A stretch of DNA of 64,000 bases from Diplonema japonicum (lineage: Eukaryota > Protista > Euglenozoa: Diplonemea): positions 1 to 64,000 of the forward strand of contig OZ025727.1 in assembly GCA_964019335.1 (NCBI GenBank), written 5' to 3'. The position numbers and the translations under genes were made by a program. Shown here one piece after another: positions 1 to 10,938 of the stretch (the stretch's first letter is position 1; every line of letters begins with the position of its first letter). The notes below the pieces were generated by a model. The model saw only the letters and a list, made by a program, of their open reading frames with translations. It searched no databases and was not told the origin of the DNA.

Positions 1-232
1 TGGTTGCGGGTTTGCGGGTTTGCGGGTTTGCGGGTTTGCGGGTTTGCGGGTTTGCGGGTTTGCGGGTTTGCGGGTTGCGGGTTTGCGGGTTTGCGGGTTT
101 GCGGGTTTGCGGGTTTGCGGGTTTGCGGGTTTGCGGTTTGCGGGTTTGCGGGTTTGCGGGTTTGCGGTTTGCGGGTTTGCGGGTTTGCGGGTTTGCGGGT
201 TTGCGGGTTTGCGGGTTTGCGGGTTTTGCGGG
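1..232 (+). repeat. Tandem array of 8-mer GGGTTTGC (about 28 copies, a few 7/9-nt variants); telomere-like satellite
   Basis: Read directly; runs off the window start. The G-rich strand points into the window, opposite to a canonical left telomere. Confidence 0.97.
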
Positions 233-1254
233 CTTACCGTAACGGGCGTAGACGTACTCCCGGTCGCCATTACTCATGAGATCGTACCATATGTGGGTGT
301 ATTGTGCCGCAGGTCCCAAGGGGTGAGGATGATGCCTACTTCTTGGATGATTTCGCTTCGTGCTACGCGGGACCATGCGTGCCATCGGATTTTGTTGCTC
401 CAGTGCTCATCATCCAAATCCATGGGGGGGGTCACCACCTCCTTGCAACGCGTCCCTGCCAGCGTCAAGTCCGCAAAGGGGTCCAGGTGTTCGGCCTGAA
501 AGAGCTTATCCTCCGTCTCAGCTCGTTCCTTCGCCGCTTGCTTGGCGTCCTCCTTCTTTTTCTGCGTCTTGAGCTTCTAGGCGGGCCCAAGTACACCGGC
601 AGGTAGTGACCTCTCGATCCGCGTCTTGTCTTCTTCAGCTTTACCGGTCCGAATCTCTGGGTCGGGCCAGCACCAGCTTTCCCCACCATCACTTCCGACA
701 TGGCCCAGAGCGACATCAGCCCCCCACCAGGGTGCCCCCTACCGCTAGCCAAGCGAGCTCCCCAGCGGACCATTCATCCCTCGGGGCCCCACCTGTACCC
801 TTGACCTGCGGGTGGTCCTCCTGTCGCTCCCCGGCCTCTTCCACAACACTGCAGCATGCAGGAAGGAGGGGGCCATCCCGATGCCCGCCCCCAGCACCTG
901 CCTCACCCCTGGGATCAGCAAGAGGGAGAACAGGGCGACCCAGGCCCACACCCCCAGGTGCTCTCATCTCATCCCTTCCTTGCTGTGTCCCGTCCGTCTG
1001 CGGTGCCTCCTTGCGCCGGTTGCAGCCCCAGGTGCCGGGATTCTGGGTGCCAGGGGTTGGGCTCCAGGCGTTCCCACCTCGGTCCGCTTCAGCCCATTGC
1101 AGGGTCATCTGGCTTCTGTTCAGGGCGGCCTCGTGTTCCTCTCTGCGGGCCCTCCTCCTCCCTTCTTTCCTCGCACGACGGTGCCTTTTCTTCTCCTGTC
1201 TGGCAGCCTCCCTCGCCCCCTCCCTCGCCTTGGTCCTCTTCTCTCGGGCGTGCT

Positions 1255-1612
1255 GTCTCTCCCTCTGCCTTTTTTTCCTCCGAAGAGGGTCTGTTTTTCA
1301 CCTCCGTGGAGGGTCCCTCTGGGGAGGGCTCTAAAAATGAAAAAGGGGGGGACAAATGGGGGGGAGGAACACTACCCTCTCTCGGGGGTGCCACCTCTTC
1401 CCCTTTCTCTCTATTTTCCTCCGAAGAGGGTCTGTTTTTTACCTCCGTGGAGGGTTCCTCCAAAGAGGGCTCTAAAAATGAAAAAGGGGGGGCAAATGGG
1501 GGGGAGGAACACTACCCTCTTTTGGGAGCGCTGCCTCTTCCCCTCTCTCTCCATTTTCCTCCGAAGAGGGTCTGTTTTTTACCTCCGTGGAGGGTTCTAA
1601 AAAAAAAGGGGG
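1255..1612. repeat. Tandem repeat of about 140 bp, about 2.5 copies
   Basis: CCTCCGAAGAGGGTCTGTTTT recurs at 1277, 1418 and 1558; encodes PSTEVKNRPSSEE... on the minus strand. Confidence 0.9.
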
Positions 1613-1669
1613 GGGTTCGTTTGTTAGCCCAGGGGATGGGTCTTCCTGGGGGGGTATGCGGGTGAGCTC

Positions 1670-2195
1670 GGGGCCAACCGCACGCAGGGTGATCGACACC
1701 CTGACACCAGTGGACACCCCTGACGGGATGTGGTGTGTCCACTGGAGTCTCGCTTCGCCTTCCAACAGTGCCCATGAGAAGGGGGGCACCAGGTACCTCG
1801 CTACCCTGTCCCCCTTCCTCATGACCATTGTGGTCTCAGCCCCGTACGACAAGACTAGGACGACCGGTCCCAGTCTTGCGTCGTCCTTGTGGGCGGCAAT
1901 CCCACAACCAGGTCTGTACTTATTCACAAGTACCTGGTTGGGACCACCTTGAGCCCTGCTGCTGCGACCTCCCTCACCCACCCCTTTGCCTCCCCTGGGA
2001 TGCCGGTGGTGGGGCGCACCTCGGCGTCCGTCCCCTCCCATCGGTGCCCATACTGGAGCGTCTCCCTCCCCGTGTTCCCTGACAGGGCCTCCCACTTCCC
2101 GGACAGCAGAGCTTCTGGGAAGGCGGGGGCAGCACCTGTCTTCAACCCGGGGGGGTGCTCGCCATCTTTCAGTATCCACTCTACCCACTTTTTCT
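1670..2195 (-). pseudogene. AlkB-family 2OG-Fe(II) dioxygenase domain, frameshifted near 1945
   Basis: GRETLQYG in one frame, then PNQVLVNKYRPGCGIAAHKD...LVLSYGAETTMVM...LLEGEARLQWTHHIP...RVSITLR in another. This gives NxY, HxD, H and RxSxTxR motifs. Confidence 0.88.
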
Positions 2196-2220
2196 TCTTT
2201 TTTTTTCCCTCTTCAACTAT

Positions 2221-2480
2221 GGCAGGGTCGGCTGCGGAGGTCGGGCTTGCGGCAGGGGCGGCTGCGGCGGTCTCAGTTGCGGCAGGGGCGGCTGCAGCGT
2301 TCAAGGCAGCAGGGGCGGCTGCGGCGATCGTGGTTGTGTCGGTCGTGGCTGCGGCAGGGGCGGCTGCAGCTGTCTCGGTTGTGGCAGGGGCGGCTGCGGC
2401 GTTCAGGGCGGCTGGGGCTGCTGCAGCAGTCGTGCTTGCGGCTGGGGCGGCCGTGGCTGTAGCAGGGGCGGTTGCAGCGG
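2221..2480. repeat. GC-rich minisatellite (GCAGGGGCGGCTGC-based) encoding Ala/Thr/Pro repeats
   Basis: Repeated AAAPAA peptide in ORF 1924..3063. Confidence 0.85.
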
Positions 2481-2836
2481 TCAAAACCGCGGTCTCTACT
2501 TGTGATTTTTTTATTTTATTATTTTTTTTTCTAAAGGGGGGTGGGGGGATAGTCTGGTTGGGTCGGCCCTGGCGTCGTGTGCAGCCTGGTGGCCTGTCGG
2601 GGTTCCTTCTCCCTGCGGTTTGCACGGTCACCTCCTCTTGCGTTCCGTCTTGGATCCATTTTTTATTTTTTTTATTTTTAAAGTGTGTGTTGGGGGGGAG
2701 GGGATCCTTTCGGTAAGCGGCAGGCAGGCCGACAGGCAAAACAACCCCCCCGGACGACGGCGACGACGGACGACGGACGACGGACACAGCGGCAAACCCA
2801 GGCAGAGGCGGCAGGCACCAGCAGAACACGAACGAC

Positions 2837-2874
2837 CAATAAAGTACAAAAACTGTAGCTTTAGAATCGTTGGT
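2837..2874 (-). ncRNA. Genomic copy of the diplonemid spliced-leader (mini-exon) sequence
   Basis: Minus strand reads ACCAACGATTCTAAAGCTACAGTTTTTGTACTTTATTG. The Diplonema SL as I recall it is AACCAACGATTTAAAAGCTACAGTTTCTGTACTTTATTG: 35/38 identical, with the first A replaced by G. Confidence 0.9.
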
Positions 2875-2877
2875 CGA

Positions 2878-3021
2878 ACACACACACAACACAGACTGCC
2901 AGACACACACGCACACCCACACAGACACACCCACACCCACGCACAGACACGAACACAACACAGACACACGCACGTACACAGGCACAGACGCAGACGCAGA
3001 CACACGCACGCACACAGACAC
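2878..3021. repeat. Degenerate (CA)n microsatellite directly 5' of the SL copy
   Basis: CACACAGACAC-like tract read directly. Confidence 0.9.
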
Positions 3022-4112
3022 ACCCGCAAACCCGCAGGGGGTTCCTAAGGGGGTTTTCCCCAAGGGGGTTCCTAAGGGAATTTTTCCTAAGGAACTTTGG
3101 ACCCCGGTTCGACTTCGGGTGGTTCAACTTTTCCCTTTTCAAACCGAAAAGGCCTGCATACCACCGTGGGTTTTCCACTTTGGGAAAATTTTTTTGAGGG
3201 GGATTTTGGGGATCATAGGGGTTAGACGAAATGTTACCAAGATTTTTGTACTTGGAAAAAAAAGATTTTTTTTTCCACTCTGCCCATGCCCCCTTAAGGG
3301 AAATTTTTGTACTTATAAAATATTTTTCTTTCTTAGAAAAAGATTTTTGTACTTAGAAAAAGAAATTCTTTTTCTTCCTTCTTTTTTTTTTTTTTTTTCA
3401 ATTTTAAAAAACCAAGTGATTGCTTTATTTCTCGTGCGGGTTTGAGGTCCGGTTCACCGCAGTGTCAGTCGCCCCTTGTCTCTTCCCATCTTTTTGGGCC
3501 TTCGGGTCAAGCTCCCCTCCCTGCCCAGCCCTCTCGCTGGATCCTGTTCCGGCCATCTCCGTGTCTTCTCCTCCCGGCGAGGCTGCTTCGAGTCCTGCTC
3601 CCGCTTTCCCTTGTGTTCCACCCTCCGCCGGTTCCGCCTTTCGCTGCTGCTGCATTCGGGCGTCCAGGTCCTTCTTCGTCTGCTCCAGAAGGGCATCCAG
3701 CTGGTGGGCCACCGTGATTGGGGGTCCGCCTCCCTGTCCCTTCACTTCCCTCTCGGACGACTCCTCAGCTTCGGTGGTTTTTTCATTGCCGAAGGAGTCC
3801 TCTGTGAGGTCAGTGTTGGATTCAGTGTTCAGTGTTGGGTTCGTTGTTCGCTTCCTCGTTGTCCTTTTTTCCCTCTTCGCCGTCCGGTACCGGGGGCCCG
3901 GGATCCAACTGTACAGGCCCTTTGACTAACAGCGCCCCTGCTATCGATCTCATCATGGCCGTTGACTCTTGGACCACACGCCTGTGTATCGAGACTCTGT
4001 CTGTTTTTTGTTTTTTTACATTTCTCCCGAAGAATCGTTTCACAAGAGGGAAGGATCTCCGCACGGTCCCGCACCCTATTCCCGAGCTTTTTCAACGCTT
4101 TCAACACCATGC

Positions 4113-4182
4113 ATATGTGTTGTTCGCTGTTGGCCTCCTCGTCGGTCATCACCGGTAGTGCCCGGGTGGGAGAAGCAGATGC
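4113..4182 (+). repeat. Fragment of a dispersed LINE-like repeat (homologous to about 41430-41510, opposite strand)
   Basis: ATGTGTTGTTCGCTGTTGgCCTCCtCGTCGGTCATCACCGGTAG is shared with the 41.4-kb copy. Confidence 0.75.
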
Positions 4183-5451
4183 TACAGGGGCAAACTAAGC
4201 GCGTCTTCCGCATCCATTCACAGTGAGCGCAAGTGCTGTAATAATGGTTGCAGCGTCCTGATCCCAAACGACTGGGTGAGTTTATCAAAGTGGCGAGGTT
4301 CGAGTGGCTGGGATACGGGCTGAAATCCTTGCGTCTGCGTGCTGTTAACTGACCAGTTGGACTCAAGCGGTATCATTCTCATCCTCACAAGGCAACAGCC
4401 GGGAATTGCTTGCCGTGCGGATTCCTACTCCTTTCGGGCAGAACAGGCGTTTGGCCAGCGTATCTCACCATTCCTCTTCTTGTTCTCTTTCTACCCTCGA
4501 TCCCCTGAGCACGTATGCGCCTCGTCAATGGTGACTCACTTCTTTTAACCTGGGTATTTATATTACCGGCATGATGCATCAGAATACTTGAAATAGAGGG
4601 AGAAAAAGTAAATACGAGGAAGAAAGGGAATGCAATTTTCATACATTCGTTTTTCGCCGAAAATAAGGAGAGGAACTAGGGGGAAAGGGAGGAAGAAAGA
4701 TAGAGACAGGGGAAAAAAGGGAAATGGGTGAAATTTTAAACTGGCACGCGGGTGCCTCGTGTTGCTTCCCGACAATCAAAAGTTACCTTTCGATGTGATG
4801 CCAGGTGCCGGAGACTTGCTGATTGGAAACAGCCAAGAAGACTGAAATAGAAAAAGACAAAAAAGAAAGGTAGAAAGAAAAAAAAAGAGGTGAGGACCAG
4901 AATACTCTTTTCATTTCTTTGTCCTTCCTATCTTTATTCGTTCCCAGAAGACACAGGAAAAGTGCAGGACAACCGCGATTTAAAACAAATTTATAAAAAA
5001 CCTACATAAAAGGTAAGGAGTGAAAGTGGGATTCGTACCCTCGTTCACTTCTTTGCAAAAAAGGGAGAAAACAATAATGTAGTAAAATGAAACAAAAAGA
5101 GAGGAGTGGAGGGCAATACAGAAGAAGAAAATTATTTTCCCGTTCTATCATATGCCTAAAACAAATTTCTTCTCCATTGCCTTCTTTTCTCATGTCTCTG
5201 TTCCTTTTAATTTATTTTCTTGGTTTCAATAGCTGAAAAAGGGGAGACAGAAGAAAAGAAGGGGGAAAGAAAAGAAAAGAAAAGAAAGCTCCCAACCACG
5301 GAGCATCAAGGATTCGAGTACTTTTACAGTACCAGTTAAAGGAAGAGCCAAAGGGAAGAAACGCACGCCACTTGCCCAATCTAGAGATTGGCTTTTCATT
5401 GGTCACAGCAAAGGAATTTAAAAATGTATTGAGGGTGCTGATCGACCTAGT

Positions 5452-7497
5452 TCACACCCTAAGATCCGGAGAAAAGGTATTGTCGCGAGTAGCCATGTCG
5501 ACATTATTATTACGCTCTTCGATTCTGTCGTGGTGCTGCTGCTGCTGTTTTCGCCACCACAACATACCGAGCACAGCGGCCAGCACTAGCGCCGCACCTA
5601 CCAAGATGAGAATGATGACCAGCTCTTTTTTGTTGGATTTCGCTGGGGCGGTGGGGGCTAATGTGGGCCCAACAGTGGGCTCCGCAGTAGGTGGAACAAG
5701 GGGTACAAGAGTCTCCTTCCACAATTCGATTACAGACATTCCTTTCTCGGCTATATAAGCCAGATTCCCCACCACGGCGACCCCTCGTACACGTGAGGGG
5801 CTCACGTACCCGTCGATGCGCCTCATAGCCGAAGGGTTGCTCACATCCACCAGCTGCACGCCTGCATCAAACGAGACGACCGCAGTGTCCCCAACCATCT
5901 TCACGTCACTCGCAGAGGGGATCACCTCGAAGAACCCGATGACTGCTGGCATCGATGGGGTGCCCACATCAATCACATGGAGGCCCTCCCTATCCACAAC
6001 GTAGGCAGTGGCACCCCTCACAGCCACCGCAGTCGCCGCTCGGAAGGTCCCCAGGCGACCAATGAGGGTGGGGGAAGAAGGTGTCCTCACATCGAGCAGG
6101 ACTAATCCCCTTGAGGTGCTTGCAATATATGCCGTCGTTCCAGACACGAACACCCCTTCGATCCGAGAGAGACCGTAGCTGCCGATGAGCGTGATCGCAG
6201 AAGGCTCGCTCACATCGAGCACCTTGAATCCATTCAAATCCGACCCCACGTAAGCGACTGTCCCGATCACGTGCACAGAGAGGGCGCAATGGACAGTTCC
6301 CCTTCTGCTTCTGATTTCGTACGTTCCCAGAAGCCTCGGCTGCTGCGGGTTACTCACGTCAAAGGCGTAAAAGAAGCCACAACCCCCCACATACACCGTG
6401 TTCCCCGCCACCTGCACAGCTCTCCCATCTTCGAAGTCGTTGTTGACTCCTACCACCGTCGGGGAAGACGGGTCCCTGACGTCTACCACCTGCAACAGGG
6501 TGTTGTCCCCCACAAGGTACGCGTAGTCCTCAGATACGGCCACGGCCCTACCGTCACCGCCGGACGGCGTGAACTCCCCCAACAGAATAGGAGAGGAAGG
6601 GGTCTCTACGTTCAGCATCTGGATCCCACGGTGGCCAGCAATGTACGCAATAGTCCCTGTTACTTGCACTCGTGTTCCCTCCTTCACCGCAAGGTTCCCG
6701 AGGAAGAACGGGGTGTCGCTGTCGACGTCGACCACCTCGAACCTGTTGAAGTTCACAATGTAAGCCGTCCCATTCACTACATCGACATCGGTTGCGTAGG
6801 TGTCATCGTACGCTGCTGTGAAGGAGGGTGACGAGGGGTCCGTCACGTCGAAGATGAGGAGCCCATTCCAAAAGCCGGTGATGTAGGCGGTGGTGTCAGA
6901 GACGAAGAGACTGTTGGCCAAAGTCCTGTTCGCAGCCACGGAACCGAGCAGTACGGGGGAGGAAGGGGTGCTGAAGTCGATGATATTGAGGTAACGGTCC
7001 CTCTCCGAGCCCGCAGAAGCAACAGTGTAGACAGTGGTCCCTACAACGAAGAACGCTTCAGCGATGCTCTCGTTGTACGTGCCAAGGAACTCGGGGTCTG
7101 ATGCGGGGTCGGTCACGTTGAAGGCAACAACATCCCCCCGCGTAGACCTCACGTACGCAACATCTCCAGACAAGTGTACCTCCAAGCACGGCTCCGAGAA
7201 TCCCCCTACAACAGACCCATTTTGCACGACCTGAAGACCACTTCTGCTGTCCGCCACGTAGACAGTGTCTTCCACCACCTCAACGCCCCTTGCATCTCCC
7301 CCTGTCCACACCCTCCACAGTTCCCTTGCCTCTTCAGGTTTCCTTACATCCACTGCAACCAGACCAGAAGTTTCGGCGGCGGCGAAGGCAGTGCCCCCCA
7401 CTACCTTCAAACCCCGTATTGTGTCCACCGCATTTGTCCTCCCCAACAGCGGGAGCTCTGCAGCTGCCGCCATAAATACCAAAGAAAGAAGCGCCAT
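5452..7497 (-). CDS. LVIVD-repeat beta-propeller surface protein (signal peptide, C-terminal TM)
   Basis: 681-aa ORF with more than 10 repeats of V.V.G..AYV......GL..lDVsdPssP.llG, plus a PTAEPT stalk and a TM helix. Confidence 0.9.
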   Translation of the reverse strand: MALLSLVFMAAAAELPLLGRTNAVDTIRGLKVVGGTAFAAAETSGLVAVDVRKPEEARELWRVWTGGDARGVEVVEDTVYVADSRSGLQVVQNGSVVGGFSEPCLEVHLSGDVAYVRSTRGDVVAFNVTDPASDPEFLGTYNESIAEAFFVVGTTVYTVASAGSERDRYLNIIDFSTPSSPVLLGSVAANRTLANSLFVSDTTAYITGFWNGLLIFDVTDPSSPSFTAAYDDTYATDVDVVNGTAYIVNFNRFEVVDVDSDTPFFLGNLAVKEGTRVQVTGTIAYIAGHRGIQMLNVETPSSPILLGEFTPSGGDGRAVAVSEDYAYLVGDNTLLQVVDVRDPSSPTVVGVNNDFEDGRAVQVAGNTVYVGGCGFFYAFDVSNPQQPRLLGTYEIRSRRGTVHCALSVHVIGTVAYVGSDLNGFKVLDVSEPSAITLIGSYGLSRIEGVFVSGTTAYIASTSRGLVLLDVRTPSSPTLIGRLGTFRAATAVAVRGATAYVVDREGLHVIDVGTPSMPAVIGFFEVIPSASDVKMVGDTAVVSFDAGVQLVDVSNPSAMRRIDGYVSPSRVRGVAVVGNLAYIAEKGMSVIELWKETLVPLVPPTAEPTVGPTLAPTAPAKSNKKELVIILILVGAALVLAAVLGMLWWRKQQQQHHDRIEERNNNVDMATRDNTFSPDLRV

Positions 7498-9093
7498 AGT
7501 GGTCCTGAAGAGGGTTTATGCTAGTAGCAGCGGGGGAACAATGCAAAAGACTGAAAGATGACAAAGAGACGTCGTAAAATTCCCGAGGGGCGGAGAGGCC
7601 GAGACGGAACTATCCTGTTGTAATGTAATCGTAAACCCTGCTGGCGACTTTTTCTCGTGTTTATCTGTAAGTTTGCCGGAATTCGCATCACGACTATGCC
7701 TAGGGGGGTCATAAGGGGTGCCATATTTTCAGTTTTTCGCTGAGGGGATTTTGGACCCTTAAAAAAGACCCTACCCACCCCAGGCCCACAAATCACCCCC
7801 CGTTTCCCCATGGTTGTCGGCCTGCCCAGGATCGTGTTCTAATTTTTGGGGCCTCCGTACCGAAACCAGTGTAAACCCTGTTCATCATACAGCGTTTCAC
7901 AGCTATGCCAGGGGTTATAAGAAAAAAGAGAAATCAGACAAAAAGAGGGGGAGAAAAAAATCAAGCAGTGTCCGGGGGTTGAGAAGATCGGAAACAGAAT
8001 AGGGGGGGGAAAGGCATCAAATTGGTACCTAATGTTTCCCCCCCCCCCTTTTTTTCCCCTTCTTAAATCCCAGATCCTTTGTTTCGAGATCGACACTACC
8101 CGCGATTAATGGCACGGGATCGATACAGGTAATAGAAAACACGTCCCATAGAAGGATTCTAGGATTTATCTTTTTCCCCTTTCTTCTTATTCATTTTTAT
8201 TATAAAGTTTCTTGTTAATAGTTCGTTCATCGGGTATCATGGCTTTGATGATTGCTTGCCTTGGTGATACACCGCAATGTGGTCAACATATAAAGGAAAA
8301 AGAAAAAGAAAAAGAAAGAAAGAAATAACAAAAAGGGAAAAAGTAGGGAAATACTCCTGATTTTTTTTTTTAAAGGAACATTTCCAAGAGCGGTTCTTTT
8401 TTTTTTTTTTTTTTTTTTTTTTCTCCCTTTTGGAAGGGGGAAATTCTAGAGTAATGGCATCAGCTTCCCAACAACAGTTATCATTAAAAAAAAAAAAGAA
8501 GATTCGTTATTTTTATTTTTTTTTCTTCTTTTTTCCGAACTCCCGGACGAAGCAAGCACACAAAAACCAACAAAACGGGAGCAAGAAAGCATGACGGCAT
8601 GATGACAACTGCTTCTTTTTTTTTTTTTTTTTTTTTTTTTTCGCTTTTCTCATTTTCTTTTTTCTTTTTGCTTTTTTATACCACCATAGGGTTACCTAGG
8701 TTTATCTGATCACCGATGGGTTATATAGGTCGGGAGAGGAAATATAATATAAATTGATGGCAGCCTGTGCAGTCCGGACGACTCAGATCGCCAGATTCCT
8801 CTTTTTATTGGTAGCCATCGAATGGTTTCAAATAAAACAGAAAAAACTCCTGTTGGTCATAACCCTGTGTATTATTACCATACCATTCTTTTCGGATTTG
8901 AAGCAGTATTTCTGTATTGAAGGGAATGGGTGGGAAACCCAAGCTCCAGTTTTTGGACCGAAAAAAATACCTCGTTTCCTTTTGTTTTGAAAATTCAAAA
9001 ACTTGAAGTATTTCCTTTTTTTTTTTTTTTTTTCCCTTAAAAAGTAGTAAGGGTTTAAAAAAAAAAAAAAGATGATTCTGACAAGATTCCCGT

Positions 9094-9132
<39 letters not shown>

Positions 9133-9213
9133 TGCAAACAAGAAAGAAATTCGCAAAAAAAAAAAAGAAACAACAAATGGATTCATAATAATTAAGGTTG
9201 CAAAAAAAGTTCT

Positions 9214-9245
<32 letters not shown>

Positions 9246-9279
9246 CTTTTTTTATATAACTCCAGTCAGATTTCCCACT

Positions 9280-9733
9280 GTGGGGGTGAATATAATATTT
9301 CACATTATTTCACGCTTCACTTTATTTTCACGGCAGATTTCAGGCTTGTTTTAGGAAAAAACAGGGGCAGGAATAAAAATTACTTTATGAGTGATATAAA
9401 GTACTTTATATTCACGCTTGCCCTATTTTCACTGCACAGCAAGGGGGCGCAAACACGGAAAAGAAATCACCCAAGTGTTACCACATAGGTCCCCAGCACC
9501 CATGGACGACCATAACTTGTAACCTGTAATACCCCACACTTTCAAATCTGACTGACGTTAAATAAAACAACGGATTTAGTGAAAATAGATCCGATTTTCA
9601 CTTGTGGTGGCATGTTTAACTCGTTGACGTTACTTCACTCGCTTCGCTCGTGAAGTCAAAGACCCTACTCGTTAAACCACTGCCACCACGAACGCGTGAA
9701 AATCATACGATCTTATTTTCACTAAATAAATAT
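9280..9733. mobile_element. Putative non-autonomous element with a terminal hairpin of about 150 bp (Crypton-like)
   Basis: Imperfect palindrome 9574-9727 centred on CTTCACTCGCTTCGCTCGTGAAG and ending AAATAAATA; repeated TTTCAC motifs upstream. The left boundary is approximate. Confidence 0.5.
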
Positions 9734-10586
9734 ATTTTTTTTTTTTTTTTTTTCTTTTCCCCGCCCTATCAAAATAACAAGGTAGAAAAGAAACAAGAAA
9801 ATTCCTTTCAAAACAAAACAAGATTTTATCTTTTAACGTCAAGGTGACAAATCGAACAACGCTCCAAGTGTACCATAGTACAAGGGGTGGGGGTGTTTGT
9901 CAAACGACACACTGGAGTGAGTTCTATCCTGTGCGGCACCACCTCTCAGACATGGCGTGCCTGGTCCCCGTTTCCTCGCGGTAGGGTGGGGGCATCTTTT
10001 TCTTTTGCCGAAGCCAAATGCGATCCATGTTACCCCTGTTTTGAAAGGTCTGTTTGTGCCTGGGTGACAGTCGCTCGCCGCATGGTTCGCCTTATTCCTG
10101 TCTCTCCGCCGAGCACCGTCACCCTGACACAGACTTCCTGAAATGACTCGCTTAAGGGGAGGTGTAGACCCGGCCAAAGGTCTTGGGGAAAAAAAAGGGG
10201 GGGGGGGAAGGAGAAAAAAAACAAAACAAACAAACAAAATTGGCGAATGATTAGGTTTTTTCTTCGCGAATTTGTCAAGTGAAGAAAAAGAAAAGGAGAG
10301 AAAAAAAACCCTTTAGTAAAATGAACAAAAAAATATAGTAAAGTTTGTCGTTCCCCGAGCAGCGACAACGAGAGTTAAATTATGGCTCATTTGACGGTAA
10401 GGAAGTCGGTTTTTTATACCCTTTCGTCATTAAAATCACTCCCTACTTGACCGAATAGCTATTATGCGACAGGATATGGCTGAAAAAAAGGCACATTGGA
10501 CCGCCAAGTTCGATTTTTCGAGATTATTATACTCAGTGCAATAATGAACCCCCTCTTATTTTAAGCCGAATATTTTTTTTTTTTAA

Positions 10587-10938
10587 CCACTAAAGGACCA
10601 TGAGGACATATGTGTCCTTAAGAAAAATTATCTTTTCTATGTGACACTTTTTGTGCCACACAGCCCCTGGACTTTACTAAGACCCATTGTTCCGCGTTTT
10701 TTTTTTATTTGAAATACCCTTTTGCGCGAAGAACAAACACAAAAACCCGTCCCAAGGGGGTTGCTTGGTGTCCTTTTGTACTTATTTGAGAGCAGCTTCT
10801 CAGGACCTTCGGAAGTGCGTGCTTTTTAAAGGGTATAGTGTACTTTCCTATGGTTAAACTCTCGCATTTTTTTTTTCCGGGTTCGTAAATAGACGGTCCT
10901 TGGCACTTTTTTCGCCAAAACCCCCGGTCCTTTAGTGG
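10587..10938. mobile_element. piggyBac-type MITE (352 bp)
   Basis: TTAA|CCACTAAAGGACC ... GGTCCTTTAGTGG|TTAA: perfect 13-bp TIR with TTAA TSD. Confidence 0.9.

Larger units (their letters stand above)
233..2875 (-). mobile_element. Degenerate SL-headed retro-copy or retroelement encoding an AlkB domain
   Basis: SL exon at the 5' end, then an A-rich leader and ATG at 2659 (MDPRRNARGG...). A mosaic ORF with several frameshifts follows (Ala-rich repeat, AlkB, 140-bp repeats, basic/TM segments) and joins the 8-mer array abruptly. No RT or endonuclease recognisable. Confidence 0.6.

Noticed and set aside
1-232. Canonical left telomere
   Set aside because: A left end should be C-rich on the top strand; here it is G-rich.
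274-468. TPWDLRH as a tyrosine-recombinase HxLRH motif, or IIQEV as an APE motif
   Set aside because: No other catalytic motifs at the right spacing; too short to support.
4-499. ORFs with (RVCGFAGL)n
   Set aside because: Translation of the stop-free octamer array.
2760-2874. Functional SL RNA gene
   Set aside because: Not in a tandem array, no evident Sm site or T-run terminator, the first nucleotide is altered, and it leads into a coding region. Not fully excluded.
3241-3356. Three ATTTTTGTACTT motifs resembling the SL core
   Set aside because: Only 11-12 AT-rich nucleotides; more likely local subterminal repeats.
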